Assembly: GCF_044324875.1 (NCBI RefSeq)
Contig: NZ_CP172185.1
DNA from: Escherichia coli
GTDB lineage: Bacteria > Pseudomonadota > Gammaproteobacteria > Enterobacterales > Enterobacteriaceae
Direction: 5' to 3' (one strand)
DNA length: 64,000 bases
This document shows positions 46,589 to 57,806 of this stretch, one piece after another (position 1 is the stretch's first letter; the number at the start of each line of letters is the position of its first letter). The notes beneath the pieces were generated by a model, which was not told where the DNA came from, did no database searches, and was given only the letters and a program-made list of their open reading frames with translations. The position numbers and the translations under genes are program-made.

Positions 46589-47191
46589 ATGGAAGCGCGA
46601 ATTTCAACTGAACGGCATGTGCAGCGCCAGCAGAAATTGAAGGAACAGGTCGATACGCGCATCGCGGCGGCGATAGAGAAAAAAGGGATTTTGATTGTTT
46701 TCACCGGCAATGGCAAAGGGAAATCCACTGCCGCGTTTGGTACTGTGACGCGCGCGGTGGGTCATGGCAAAACGGTGGGGGTTGCGCAGTACATCAAGGG
46801 GCAATGGGACAACGGCGAATACAACCTTCTCCAGCCGCTGGGGGTTGAGTTTCATATTATGGGAACCGGTTTTACCTGGGAGACACAGAACCGGCAAGCG
46901 GATATCGACGCGGCGAAAGAGGTCTGGTCGGAAAGCAAACGGATGCTGGCTGACAAGCGTTACGACTTAGTGGTGCTTGATGAGCTGACCTATATGCTGG
47001 CTTACCATTATCTGGATACCGAAGAAGTGATCGCTTCTCTGCAAAACCGCCCGGCACAACAAAGTGTCATTGTCACCGGACGCGGTTGCCACAGTCAGAT
47101 ATTAAAAATGGCGGATACGGTCAGCGAAATCCGCCCCGTCAAACATGCTTTTGATAACGGCATTCAGGCCCAGCCGGGTATCGACTGGTAA
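46589..47191 (+). CDS. Cob(I)alamin/cob(I)yrinic acid a,c-diamide adenosyltransferase paralogue (BtuR/CobO-like)
   Basis: 200 aa; P-loop (GNGKGKSTAAFG) and close resemblance to E. coli BtuR. Confidence 0.85.
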   Translation: MEARISTERHVQRQQKLKEQVDTRIAAAIEKKGILIVFTGNGKGKSTAAFGTVTRAVGHGKTVGVAQYIKGQWDNGEYNLLQPLGVEFHIMGTGFTWETQNRQADIDAAKEVWSESKRMLADKRYDLVVLDELTYMLAYHYLDTEEVIASLQNRPAQQSVIVTGRGCHSQILKMADTVSEIRPVKHAFDNGIQAQPGIDW

Positions 47192-47194
47192 TAA

Positions 47195-47221
47195 CTGCGC
47201 CTGGCATCCCGCCAGGCGCAG
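47195..47221. terminator. Bidirectional hairpin (ctgcgcctggc…gccaggcgcag) between convergent cobO-like and LysR genes
   Basis: 11-bp perfect stem followed by gtttta; seen directly. Confidence 0.6.
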
Positions 47222-47224
47222 GTT

Positions 47225-48130
47225 TTACATCTCCTGCGGTACAACCGATTTCGCCAGCAACCATTCACGAAATTGCTGCAAGTGCGGTGAGTCAGACTTC
47301 TCTTCCTGCCACGTCATAATAAAACGATTACCGGTACGAATAGGCACATCACAGGGGATCACCATATCGCCACTATCCAAATCATGTTGAATAGCGAAAC
47401 GTGGTAACAGCGCCACGCCGAGATTAGAGCGCACGGCGGCAATCAGCATTGAAAGCAAATCGAAACGTGGTCCGTTGTTGACCAGCGGACTGCTAACGCC
47501 AGATAAGGCAAACCACTCTTCCCAGCCAGTAATACGGGTACTTTGATGCAGAAGTGGTAACTCTGTAAGCAGTTCTGCCACTGACAGTTTTTGATCGGAC
47601 ATTGCAAGCAAACTGCCGCTGCATACCGGCAAAATCTCCTCATCAAAGAGATATTCTACTTCCGCCCAGGGCGCGCAAAAATTTTCGCGCATAATGACAG
47701 CATCGTACTCCCGATTAAGAAAATCGCCGTTATTAGCTAAAGAGTGAATATTAACAATAATATCGGGATGTAACTTTGTGAATTCATGTAAATTTGGGAT
47801 TAACCAGTGGGTACTAAACGTAGGATTCACGGCAAGTTCAATAACCTGAACCGTAGGCTGCCAGGTCATAATGGTATTGGTATCGCGTTCCAGCTTATTT
47901 AATGTTTCTTTTACTATCCCCAGGTAATACTTCCCTGCATCATTAAGAAAAATACGTTTTTTAGAGTGTGAAAATAACGGAGTATGTAAAAATTCCTCCA
48001 GCGCACTCACTTGTCTGAATACTGCACTTTGGGTCAACGCTAACTCCTCTGCCGCTTTGGTATAACTTTCATGACGTGCGACGACCTCAAAAGTCACCAG
48101 CAGCTCCGTTTTAGGTATTTTTCCTCGCAT
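47225..48130 (-). CDS. LysR-family transcriptional regulator
   Basis: 301 aa; N-terminal HTH (YTKAAEELALTQSAVFRQVSALEE). Confidence 0.85.
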   Translation of the reverse strand: MRGKIPKTELLVTFEVVARHESYTKAAEELALTQSAVFRQVSALEEFLHTPLFSHSKKRIFLNDAGKYYLGIVKETLNKLERDTNTIMTWQPTVQVIELAVNPTFSTHWLIPNLHEFTKLHPDIIVNIHSLANNGDFLNREYDAVIMRENFCAPWAEVEYLFDEEILPVCSGSLLAMSDQKLSVAELLTELPLLHQSTRITGWEEWFALSGVSSPLVNNGPRFDLLSMLIAAVRSNLGVALLPRFAIQHDLDSGDMVIPCDVPIRTGNRFIMTWQEEKSDSPHLQQFREWLLAKSVVPQEM

Positions 48131-48169
48131 AATGCCGTCCCTTAAAAATAGTTTAAACCATCAAAAATA

Positions 48170-48191
48170 CATTACTTATTACGAAGTAATG
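48170..48191. promoter_or_regulatory. Perfect 22-bp palindrome CATTACTTATTACGAAGTAATG upstream of the LysR gene
   Basis: 8-bp inverted arms around a 6-bp spacer, 40-60 bp upstream of the start codon. Confidence 0.45.
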
Positions 48192-48693
48192 GTAACCAAA
48201 GCAGCAATAAATAATTTATAAGAATCATGATTGACATTTATAACCCAGTAAGCCTGGCGTGACAAATATCTTAATCAGATAATAATAATCCGAAAAGCAC
48301 AGCGCCTTTCGAATTATCCGGAATCACATTAAGTGAAAATTATTAAATTGATATCATTTATCATATCTGTGGATATTATGATAAACAATCAACAAAGATT
48401 TTATTTTTGATTTATAGCATATCCCTCTAAGAATTTTTGCGATGCTGCAATATCCGGGGTAAAGACCCGATCCTGGCTGACAAATGGCACGACTTGACGA
48501 TAAGCGGTGAACATCGCTTTTGTTGATTTACTTAACGCTACGGTCAAACGCTGGGAAGCCAGTGCATCAGGTAACGATTCGAAATTCGCCGTCGTTCTTA
48601 TTCGTGGCTTGCGGTCGGTTGCGGCAATCCACAGTGGCTGTGGTCATGCAGTCAAGCCAGCGGTCAGATTTCGACCGTGGTTAACATTTAAGG

Positions 48694-48720
48694 CATAAAA
48701 AAGGCCATCATACGATGGCC
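48694..48720 (-). terminator. Rho-independent terminator after sucD (ggccatc…gatggcc plus U-run)
   Basis: Hairpin then TTTTTTTAT on the minus strand. Confidence 0.7.
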
Positions 48721-48795
48721 AACCATGTCGAAACCGACAACCCTTCGCCATTCCTGTAGAGGGAAGCGGCGAGGGCTATTTCTTATTACAGATAT
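48694..48795 (-). ncRNA. sdhX: sucD 3' UTR, the region from which the SdhX (RybD) sRNA derives in E. coli
   Basis: Position only (between the sucD stop and its terminator); I could not verify the sRNA sequence from memory. Confidence 0.35.
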
Positions 48796-49665
48796 TTATT
48801 TCAGAACAGTTTTCAGTGCTTCACCGATATCCGCCAGGCTGCGAACGGTTTTCACGCCTGCGGCTTCCAGAGCAGCGAATTTCTCATCCGCAGTCCCTTT
48901 ACCACCGGCAATGATGGCACCCGCGTGGCCCATACGTTTGCCTTTCGGCGCAGTCACACCAGCGATGTAACCCACAACAGGCTTGGTAACGTGCTCTTTG
49001 ATGTACGCAGCCGCTTCTTCTTCAGCGCTACCGCCGATCTCACCGATCATCACGATCGCTTCGGTCTGCGGATCTTTTTCGAACATTTCGAGAATGTCGA
49101 TAAAGTTAGAGCCAGGGATCGGATCGCCGCCGATACCAACACAGGTCGACTGACCGAAACCGTAATCCGTGGTCTGTTTAACCGCTTCATAGGTCAGTGT
49201 ACCGGAACGGGAAACGATACCCACTTTACCCGGTTTGTGAATGTGACCCGGCTGGATACCGATTTTGCATTCACCCGGAGTGATAACGCCTGGGCAGTTC
49301 GGGCCGATCATACGAACGCCAGCTTCGTCCAGTTTCACTTTCACAGTCAGCATATCCAGCGTCGGGATGCCTTCAGTGATGGTGATAATCAGTTTGATGC
49401 CTGCATCGATGGCTTCCAGAATGGAGTCTTTGCAGAACGGTGCTGGTACGTAGATAACAGAAGCGGTAGCGCCAGTAGCAGCAACAGCTTCACGCACGGT
49501 GTTGAACACCGGCAGGCCGAGGTGGGTGGTGCCGCCTTTACCTGGGGTTACGCCGCCAACCATTTTAGTGCCGTATGCAATGGCCTGTTCTGAGTGGAAA
49601 GTCCCCTGGCTACCGGTAAAGCCCTGGCAGATAACCTTGGTGTTTTTATCAATTAAAATGGACAT
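48796..49665 (-). CDS. sucD: Succinyl-CoA synthetase alpha subunit
   Basis: 289 aa; synteny. Confidence 0.95.
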
Positions 49666-50831
49666 TATTTCCCCTCCACTGCGGCAACAACCTGCTGAGC
49701 TGCATCCGTCAGACCTTTTGCTGCAATAATATTCAGGCCGCTGTCAGCCAGTTTCTTCGCGCCGAGTTCGGCGTTGTTACCTTCCAGACGTACCACGACC
49801 GGTACGTTAACACCCACTTCCGCTACCGCGCCGATGATACCGTCAGCGATCAGGTCGCAACGAACGATACCGCCGAAGATGTTAACCAGAACGGCTTTCA
49901 CTTTGTCGTCAGAGAGGATGATTTTGAATGCTTCGGTTACACGTTCTTTGGTTGCGCCGCCGCCAACGTCCAGGAAGTTAGCCGGTTCGCCGCCGTGCAG
50001 TTTAACGATGTCCATCGTACCCATCGCCAGACCTGCGCCGTTAACCATACAACCGATGTTACCGTCCAGCGCAACGTAGTTCAGTTCCCACTGTGCAGCC
50101 TGTGCTTCACGCGGATCTTCCTGTGACTGGTCACGCATTTCGCGCAGATCAGGCTGGCGGAACAGTGCGTTGCCGTCAGCACCCAGTTTGCCGTCGAGGC
50201 AAATCAGATCGCCCTGTTTAGTGATGACCAGCGGGTTGATTTCGATCAGCGCCAGGTCGCGCTCCAGGAAAATGGTCGCCAGGCCCATGAAGATTTTGGT
50301 GAACTGCTGAACCAGTTTACCTTCCAGACCCAGTTTGAACGCCAGCTCGCGTCCCTGATACGGCATCGGGCCAGTCAGCGGATCAAGCGCAACTTTATGG
50401 ATCAGGTGCGGAGTTTCTTCCGCCACTTTTTCGATTTCCACGCCGCCTTCGGTGGAGGCCATAAAGACCACACGACGGGAACTACGGTCAACAACGGCAC
50501 CGAGATACAGCTCTTTAGCGATATCGGTCGCTGCTTCAACCAGAATCTGGTTAACCGGTTGGCCATTGGCATCTGTTTGATACGTTACCAGACGCTTGCC
50601 CAGCCAGTTTTCTGCAAAAGCACGGATGTCTTCTTTGCTGTTTACCACTTTCACACCGCCCGCTTTACCGCGGCCACCAGCGTGAACCTGACATTTCACT
50701 ACCCACGGACCGGCACCGATTTTTGAAGCGGCTTCTTCTGCTTCGCGCGGAGTAGTACAGGCATAACCCACCGGTGCTGGTAAGCCATAGCGGGCAAAAA
50801 GTTGTTTTGCCTGATATTCATGTAAGTTCAT
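49665..50831 (-). CDS. sucC: Succinyl-CoA synthetase beta subunit
   Basis: 388 aa; [13 protein letters not shown]-terminus. Confidence 0.95.
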
Positions 50832-50924
50832 GTGTTCTGTCCATCCTTCAGTAATCGTTATCTTTTAAACCGTAGACCGACACCCTATCCACGTCGGTCT
50901 ACAGTGCAGGTGAAGCTTAAACTA

Positions 50925-52142
50925 CTACACGTCCAGCAGCAGACGAGTCGGATCTTCCAGCAACTCTTTGATCGTTACCAGGAAGCCCACGGATTCGCGA
51001 CCATCGATCAGACGGTGATCGTAGGACAGCGCCAGGTACATCATCGGCAGGATCTCAACCTGACCATTCACCGCCATCGGACGATCTTTGATAGCGTGCA
51101 TACCCAGAATTGCGCTCTGCGGCGGGTTGATGATCGGCGTAGACATCAGGGAACCGAACACACCACCATTGGTGATGGTGAAGTTACCACCGGTCAGATC
51201 TTCAACCGTCAGCTTGCCGTCACGGCCTTTAACTGCCAGCTCTTTGATTTTCTTCTCGATGTCTGCCATGCCTAGGGTATCGACATCACGCAGTACCGGC
51301 GTCACCAGGCCGCGCGGCGTAGAAACCGCCATGCTGACGTCGAAATAGTTGTGGTAAACCACATCATCGCCGTCGATAGAAGCATTCACTTCCGGGTAAC
51401 GTTTCAGGGCTTCAACCACCGCTTTCACGTAGAAGGACATAAAGCCCAGACGGATGCCGTGGCGTTTTTCAAACGCTTCACCGTACTGCTTACGCAGATC
51501 CATAATCGGCTTCATATTGACTTCGTTGAACGTGGTCAGCATGGCGGTGGAGTTTTTCGCTTCCAGCAGACGCTCTGCCACACGCTTACGCAGGCGAGTC
51601 ATCGGCACACGTTTTTCGCTACGTGCAGCCAGAGCCGGTTGCGCCGCCGGAGCAGCCGCTGCCGGAGCAGACTCTTTCGCCGGGGCTTTCGCCAGATGTT
51701 TTTCCACATCTTCACGAGTCAGACGACCACCCACACCGGTGCCTTTAATGGCGCTGGCGTCGAGGTTGTGTTCAGCCAAGAGTCGGCGGATCGCCGGGCT
51801 TAACGCATCGTTGTTTTGCTCTTCCAGAGACGCCTGCTGGCGTTGCGCCGGAGTGGACGCTTTCTCTTCAGATTTGGCGCTGGTTTCTTTACCCGCGCTG
51901 TTGCCTTCACGCAGGCGACCAAGGATCTGACGAGACGTTACCGTTGTACCTTCATCTTCCAGAACCGCATCCAGAATGCCGTCTGCTGATGCCGGTACTT
52001 CCAGTACCACTTTGTCAGTTTCGATTTCTACCAGCACTTCATCACGTACGACTGCGTCGCCGGGTTTTTTATGCCAGGTTGCGACGGTGGCATCGGCTAC
52101 GGATTCAGGCAGGTCAGGGACCAGAATATCTACGCTACTCAT
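50925..52142 (-). CDS. sucB: 2-oxoglutarate dehydrogenase E2 (dihydrolipoyl succinyltransferase)
   Basis: 405 aa; lipoyl domain and catalytic DHRLIDG motif. Confidence 0.95.
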
Positions 52143-52156
52143 TGTGTATCCTTTAT

Positions 52157-54958
52157 TTATTCGACGTTCAGCGCGTCATTAACCAGATCTTGTTGCTGTT
52201 TCTGGTGAACGGACATATACCCTACCGCCGGAGAGGCGGAGGCCGGGCGGCCTGCATAACGCAGAGAAGCCCCAAACGGAATCACTTCACGGAAATGATG
52301 CTGGCTGCAGTACCATGCGCCCTGGTTGAGCGGCTCTTCCTGGCACCAGACAAAATCCTTGACGTGAGCAAACTGCTGCAACACTTCCTGCATCGCTTTA
52401 TGCGGGAACGGGTAGAGTTGCTCGATACGCACAATGGCGACATCGTGTTGATTGTTCTTACGACGTTGTTCCAGCAGGTCGTAATAAACCTTACCAGAAC
52501 ACATCACTACGCGCTTCACGCCCTTCGGATCAAGCTCGTCGATTTCACCGATGGCTGGCAGGAAGGTGCCGTTCGCCAGTTCTTCGAGGCTGGATACCGC
52601 CAGCGGATGACGCAGCAGGGATTTCGGCGACATCACGACCAGTGGACGACGCATCCCGCGCAACGCCTGACGACGCAGCATGTGGTAAACCTGTGCCGGG
52701 GTAGACGGTACGCACACCTGCATGTTTTGCTCAGCGCAAAGTTGCAGATAACGTTCCAGACGCGCGGAGGAGTGCTCCGGTCCCTGCCCTTCGTAACCGT
52801 GCGGCAGCAACATCACCAGGCCACACATCCGGCCCCATTTCTGCTCGCCAGAGGAGATGAACTGGTCGATAACCACCTGAGCACCGTTAGCGAAGTCACC
52901 GAACTGTGCTTCCCAGATAGTCAGAGTGCGTGGTTCTGCGGTGGCATAACCGTATTCAAACGCCAGCACTGCTTCTTCAGACAGTACAGAGTCCCAGACA
53001 CGGAACGCGCCCTGGCCGTTATGGATGTGTTGCAGCGGCGTGTAAGTGGAACCGTTAGACTGGTTGTGGATCACCGCGTGGCGGTGGAAGAAGGTACCGC
53101 GACCGGAGTCTTCACCCGACAGGCGAACCGGAATGCCTTCGTCAACCAGCGTGGCGTAAGCGAGGTTTTCCGCGCCGCCCCAGTCGAACAGTTTCTCACC
53201 GGCAGCCATCGCCTGGCGATCGCCATAAATCTTGGCAACGCGAGACTGCATTTCAACTGCTTCCGGCACCGTGCTGATGCGTTTAGCCAGTTCCTGCAGG
53301 CGCTTCATCTCAACTTTGTTCGGGTACTCTTCGTCCCATTCGTGGTTGAGGTACGGTGACCAGGTGAAAGAGTGCATGTTCATCGGACGCCACTCTGCTA
53401 CCACGCAATCGCCAGCATCCAGCGCATCGCGGTACAGGTTAACCATCTCGGTGGCATCTTCCAGCGTCGCGACTTTTTCTTGCTCCAGCTTGTCAGCGTA
53501 GATTTTGCGCGGCGTCGGATGTTTTTTGATTTTCTGATACATCAGCGGCTGGGTTGCGCTCGGCTCGTCGGCTTCGTTATGGCCATGACGGCGGTAGCAC
53601 ACCAGGTCGATGAAGACATCACGTTTAAAGGTGTTACGGAAATCGAGCGCCAGACGGGTCACAAAGGCAACGGCTTCCGGATCATCCGCGTTAACGTGGA
53701 AAATCGGTGCCTGAACCATCTTACCGATATCAGTACAGTACGGCGTCGAACGGGCATCCAGCGGGTTAGAGGTGGTGAAGCCAACCTGGTTGTTGATAAC
53801 GATACGTACCGTACCGCCAACTTCATAGCCACGCGCTTTCGACATGTTCAGGGTTTCCTGAACCACGCCCTGCCCGGTCACTGCGGCGTCACCGTGGATG
53901 GTAATTGGCAGCACTTTGTTGCTGCTCGGCTCATCAAGTCTGTCCAGACGGGCACGAACAGAACCGATAACTACCGGGCTTACAATCTCAAGGTGAGACG
54001 GGTTAAACGCCAGCGCCAGGTGCACCAGGCCGCCATCGGTCTGGAAGTCAGACGAGAAGCCCATGTGGTATTTCACGTCGCCTGTGCCAAGGTGTTCTTT
54101 ATGTTTACCGGCGAACTCGTCGAACAAGTCTTGCGGTTTTTTACCCAGCACGTTCACCAGCACGTTCAGACGACCACGGTGCGCCATCCCGAGAACCACT
54201 TCCCGGGTGCCGCTGTTGCCAGCGTGGCGGATCATCTCTTTAAGCATCGGGATTAACGCGTCACCGCCTTCCAGTGAGAAGCGTTTTGCGCCAGGGAATT
54301 TTGCGCCGAGGTAACGTTCAAGGCCTTCAGCGGCGGTCAGTTCGCTTAAGAAGCGTTTTTTCTCTTCGCTATTGAAAGTCGCGCGACCAGACTCGATACG
54401 CTGTTGGATCCAGCGTTTTTCTTCGGTGCTGGTAATGTGCATATACTCGGCACCAATCGGGCCGCAGTAGGTTTGCTTGAGGGCTTCCAGCAGCTCGCCG
54501 AGTTTCATGGTTTCTTTGCCGCTGGCAAATGAACCGACGTTGAAGGTCTCCTGGAAGTCTGCTTCGGTCAGATCGTGGAAAGACGGATCCAGATCGGCCA
54601 CTTTATCTTGCTGCCACAGTCCCAGCGGATCGAGATTCGCATGCTGGTGACCACGGAAGCGGTATGCGTTAATGAGCTGCAGGACTTTAACCTGCTTCAC
54701 ATTGGTGTCAGGGTCGGAGATCGTTGAAGAGTAACGTGAAGCGTCTTTCGCCAGGCGGCGGAAATATTCACGCGTTTGAGAGTGGAATTGATCCGGTTTG
54801 ACTCCCGTACCAGGTAACTGCTGGAACGTCGAACGCCAGTTAGCGTCAACCGAGTCAGGATCGGTTAAGAAGTCTTCATAGAGCTGTTCTATCCAGCTCT
54901 GGTTTGCGCCAGAGAGGTAAGAAGAGTCCAACCAGGCTTTCAAAGCGCTGTTCTGCAT
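52157..54958 (-). CDS. sucA: 2-oxoglutarate dehydrogenase E1
   Basis: 933 aa; synteny. Confidence 0.95.
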   Translation of the reverse strand: MQNSALKAWLDSSYLSGANQSWIEQLYEDFLTDPDSVDANWRSTFQQLPGTGVKPDQFHSQTREYFRRLAKDASRYSSTISDPDTNVKQVKVLQLINAYRFRGHQHANLDPLGLWQQDKVADLDPSFHDLTEADFQETFNVGSFASGKETMKLGELLEALKQTYCGPIGAEYMHITSTEEKRWIQQRIESGRATFNSEEKKRFLSELTAAEGLERYLGAKFPGAKRFSLEGGDALIPMLKEMIRHAGNSGTREVVLGMAHRGRLNVLVNVLGKKPQDLFDEFAGKHKEHLGTGDVKYHMGFSSDFQTDGGLVHLALAFNPSHLEIVSPVVIGSVRARLDRLDEPSSNKVLPITIHGDAAVTGQGVVQETLNMSKARGYEVGGTVRIVINNQVGFTTSNPLDARSTPYCTDIGKMVQAPIFHVNADDPEAVAFVTRLALDFRNTFKRDVFIDLVCYRRHGHNEADEPSATQPLMYQKIKKHPTPRKIYADKLEQEKVATLEDATEMVNLYRDALDAGDCVVAEWRPMNMHSFTWSPYLNHEWDEEYPNKVEMKRLQELAKRISTVPEAVEMQSRVAKIYGDRQAMAAGEKLFDWGGAENLAYATLVDEGIPVRLSGEDSGRGTFFHRHAVIHNQSNGSTYTPLQHIHNGQGAFRVWDSVLSEEAVLAFEYGYATAEPRTLTIWEAQFGDFANGAQVVIDQFISSGEQKWGRMCGLVMLLPHGYEGQGPEHSSARLERYLQLCAEQNMQVCVPSTPAQVYHMLRRQALRGMRRPLVVMSPKSLLRHPLAVSSLEELANGTFLPAIGEIDELDPKGVKRVVMCSGKVYYDLLEQRRKNNQHDVAIVRIEQLYPFPHKAMQEVLQQFAHVKDFVWCQEEPLNQGAWYCSQHHFREVIPFGASLRYAGRPASASPAVGYMSVHQKQQQDLVNDALNVE

Positions 54959-55120
54959 CGTGATCCCTTAAGCATCTTTTTTATGCTTACTTCGCCGTGG
55001 ATACTACCACGCACAGTGATGTGCGTGCCGGGGTTCACTTGCGAGCTCTTGTCTACGTAGTGGCTCGCGAAGGAACCTTTAAAAACTGTCTTAGTGTCAG
55101 GGGCAGTTTTTAAAGATTTC

Positions 55121-55303
55121 CTGCATTTCTTTTGTAGGCCGGATAAGGCATTCACGCCACATCCGGCGCTGTTTGCCTGATGCGACGCTTGCGCGTCTTA
55201 TCAGGCCTACGATTTCTGCATTTCTTTTGTAGGCCGGATAAGGCGTTCACGCCGCATCCGGCACTGGTTGCCTGATGCGACGCTTGTGCGTCTTATCAGG
55301 CCT
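55121..55303. repeat. Tandem duplication (period about 95 bp) of a REP/BIME unit in the sdhB-sucA intergenic region
   Basis: Two near-identical units starting ctgcatttcttttgtaggccggataaggc… at 55121 and 55216. Confidence 0.8.
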
Positions 55304-55307
55304 GGGT

Positions 55308-56024
55308 TTACGCATTACGCTGCAACAACATCGACTTGATATGGCCGATGGCGCGCGTCGGGTTCAGCCCCTTCGGACATACACTGACGCAGTTCATGAT
55401 GCTGTGACAGCGGAATACACTGAATGCATCGCTCAAACCGTCGAGGCGGCTGTCAGTCTCGGTATCACGGCTATCGATCAGGAAACGATATGCCGCTAAC
55501 AAGCCTGCCGGGCCGATAAACTTATCGGGATTCCACCAGAAAGACGGACAAGAGGTTGAACAACATGCGCAGAGAATACATTCATACAGCCCGTCGAGTT
55601 TTTCGCGCTGCTCTGGCATCTGTAAATGCTCGCGAGCTGGCGGATTTTGTCCATTATTCAACAGGTAAGGCTTAATTTTCTCATATTGCGCATAGAATTG
55701 TCCCATGTCTACCACCAAATCGCGGATCACCGGTAAACCTGGCAGCGGGCGAATCACAATCTTCTTGCCCGGCTGGTTGAGTGCCGAAATCGGGGTAATA
55801 CAGGCCAGACCATTCTTGCCGTTCATGTTCAGACCGTCGGAACCGCACACACCTTCACGGCAGGAACGGCGGAACGACAGGCTGGGATCTTTCTCTTTCA
55901 GCTGGATAAGCGCATCCAGCAGCATCATGTCGCGACCTTCATCCGCTTCCAGGGTGTAATCCTGCATACGCGGAGCATCATCAACATCCGGGTTATAGCG
56001 ATAAATTGAAAACTCGAGTCTCAT
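55308..56024 (-). CDS. sdhB: Succinate dehydrogenase iron-sulfur subunit
   Basis: 238 aa; Cys clusters. Confidence 0.95.
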   Translation of the reverse strand: MRLEFSIYRYNPDVDDAPRMQDYTLEADEGRDMMLLDALIQLKEKDPSLSFRRSCREGVCGSDGLNMNGKNGLACITPISALNQPGKKIVIRPLPGLPVIRDLVVDMGQFYAQYEKIKPYLLNNGQNPPAREHLQMPEQREKLDGLYECILCACCSTSCPSFWWNPDKFIGPAGLLAAYRFLIDSRDTETDSRLDGLSDAFSVFRCHSIMNCVSVCPKGLNPTRAIGHIKSMLLQRNA

Positions 56025-56039
56025 TTTCCTGTCTCCGCA

Positions 56040-57806
56040 TTAGTAAGTACGAATCTTCGGCGGGAATGCCGGGCGCAGTTTCGGTTCCATGTTGACGCTT
56101 CGGCGCGTCATGGATTCCGACTCTGGCAGATACAGGGAGTGGCACAGCCAGTTTTCATCATCACGATCCGGGAAGTCGAAGCGGCTATGCGCGCCACGGC
56201 TTTCGGTACGGAAGTTGGCAGAAACAGCCGTTGCATACGCCGTTTCCATCAGGTTATCCAGTTCCAGGCACTCAACGCGCTGGGTGTTGAACTCGCTGGA
56301 AGTATCATCCAGACGGGCATTTTTCAGACGCTCGCGGATAACTTTCAACTGCTCAAGCCCTTTCGCCATCGCATCACCTTCACGGAAGACCGAGAAGTTA
56401 TGCTGCATACATTCTTGCAGTGCTTTACGGATCGCCACCGGATCTTCACCGTTACGGTTGTTGTTCCAGCGGTTCAGACGATCCAGAGACGCTTCTACAT
56501 CAGACTCGCTGGCATCGCGCAGTGCGCCCTGCTCAGCAATAGACTCTTGCAGATGCAGACCTGCCGCACGACCAAATACTACCAGGTCCAGCAGCGAGTT
56601 GCCGCCCAGACGGTTAGCGCCATGTACCGATACACAAGCGATTTCACCAACGGCAAACAGCCCCGGAACAACCACATCTTCGCCTTTCTCATTCACCGTC
56701 AGCGCCTGACCGGTCACTTTGGTCGGAATACCGCCCATCATGTAGTGACAGGTTGGGATAACCGGAATCGGCTCTTTCACAGGATCAACGTGAGCGAAGG
56801 TACGGGAAAGCTCCAGGATACCCGGCAGACGGGATTCGAGAACTTCTTTACCCAGGTGATCGAGTTTCAGTTTCGCGTGTGGCCCCCACGGACCATCACA
56901 GCCGCGACCTTCACGGATTTCAATCATGATGGAACGCGCCACCACATCACGGCCCGCCAGGTCTTTGGCGTTCGGCGCATAACGCTCCATAAAGCGTTCG
57001 CCATGTTTGTTCAGCAGATAACCGCCTTCACCACGGCAACCTTCGGTGACCAGTACGCCCGCACCGGCAATGCCGGTCGGGTGGAATTGCCACATTTCCA
57101 TATCCTGCACCGGTACGCCTGCGCGGATAGCCATGCCGACGCCGTCGCCAGTGTTAATGTGGGCGTTGGTAGTGGACTGATAAATACGCCCTGCCCCGCC
57201 AGTCGCCAGCACGGTAGCGCGGGCTTTGAAATAAACCACTTCACCAGTTTCGATGCACAGTGCGGTACAACCGACCACCGCGCCATCCTGGTTTTTCACC
57301 AGATCCAGCGCATACCACTCGGAGAAAATGGTGGTGTGGTTTTTCAGGTTCTGCTGATAAAGGGTGTGCAACAGTGCGTGACCGGTACGGTCAGCTGCCG
57401 CCGCAGTACGTGCCGCCTGCTCGCCGCCGAAGTTTTTCGACTGACCGCCAAACGGACGTTGATAGATACGACCATCATCAAGACGCGAGAACGGCAGGCC
57501 CATATGTTCCAGTTCCAGAATCGCTTCCGGCCCGGTTTTACACATATATTCAATCGCGTCCTGGTCACCGATATAGTCCGAACCTTTTACGGTGTCGTAC
57601 ATATGCCATTCCCAGTTATCTTCATGGGTATTACCCAGCGCAACGGTAATGCCGCCTTGCGCAGAAACGGTATGGGAACGGGTCGGGAAGACTTTAGAGA
57701 GCAGCGCACAGGTCTGACCGCTCTGGGAAATTTGCAGCGCCGCGCGCATACCTGCGCCACCGGCACCAATCACAACTGCATCAAATTCTCTGACTGGCAA
57801 TTTCAT
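56040..57806 (-). CDS. sdhA: Succinate dehydrogenase flavoprotein subunit
   Basis: 588 aa from [19 protein letters not shown] (FAD-binding fold). Confidence 0.95.
   Translation of the reverse strand: MKLPVREFDAVVIGAGGAGMRAALQISQSGQTCALLSKVFPTRSHTVSAQGGITVALGNTHEDNWEWHMYDTVKGSDYIGDQDAIEYMCKTGPEAILELEHMGLPFSRLDDGRIYQRPFGGQSKNFGGEQAARTAAAADRTGHALLHTLYQQNLKNHTTIFSEWYALDLVKNQDGAVVGCTALCIETGEVVYFKARATVLATGGAGRIYQSTTNAHINTGDGVGMAIRAGVPVQDMEMWQFHPTGIAGAGVLVTEGCRGEGGYLLNKHGERFMERYAPNAKDLAGRDVVARSIMIEIREGRGCDGPWGPHAKLKLDHLGKEVLESRLPGILELSRTFAHVDPVKEPIPVIPTCHYMMGGIPTKVTGQALTVNEKGEDVVVPGLFAVGEIACVSVHGANRLGGNSLLDLVVFGRAAGLHLQESIAEQGALRDASESDVEASLDRLNRWNNNRNGEDPVAIRKALQECMQHNFSVFREGDAMAKGLEQLKVIRERLKNARLDDTSSEFNTQRVECLELDNLMETAYATAVSANFRTESRGAHSRFDFPDRDDENWLCHSLYLPESESMTRRSVNMEPKLRPAFPPKIRTY

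Larger units (their letters stand above)
35153..48130. other. Accessory gene block between cydA and sucD, occupying the K-12 mngR-mngA-mngB position
   Basis: No mngA/mngB-like ORFs are present; instead AT-rich ORFans plus a glutamate mutase/methylaspartase/FumD cluster. No integrase or transposase seen. Boundaries approximate. Confidence 0.7.

Noticed and set aside
35153-48130. Possible prophage or IS-borne island
   Set aside because: No integrase, transposase, phage structural genes or terminal inverted/direct repeats are visible, and the nearest tRNA genes are about 10 kb away, so it is reported as an accessory block rather than a mobile element.
48507-48970. Small plus-strand ORFs (63 aa and 81 aa) near the sucD 3' end
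   Set aside because: They overlap the sucD terminator/3' UTR and the sucD coding region antisense; no RBS or conservation argument supports them.
51944-53359. 471-aa plus-strand ORF
   Set aside because: Antisense to sucB/sucA coding sequence; Arg/His-rich nonsense composition typical of a shadow ORF.
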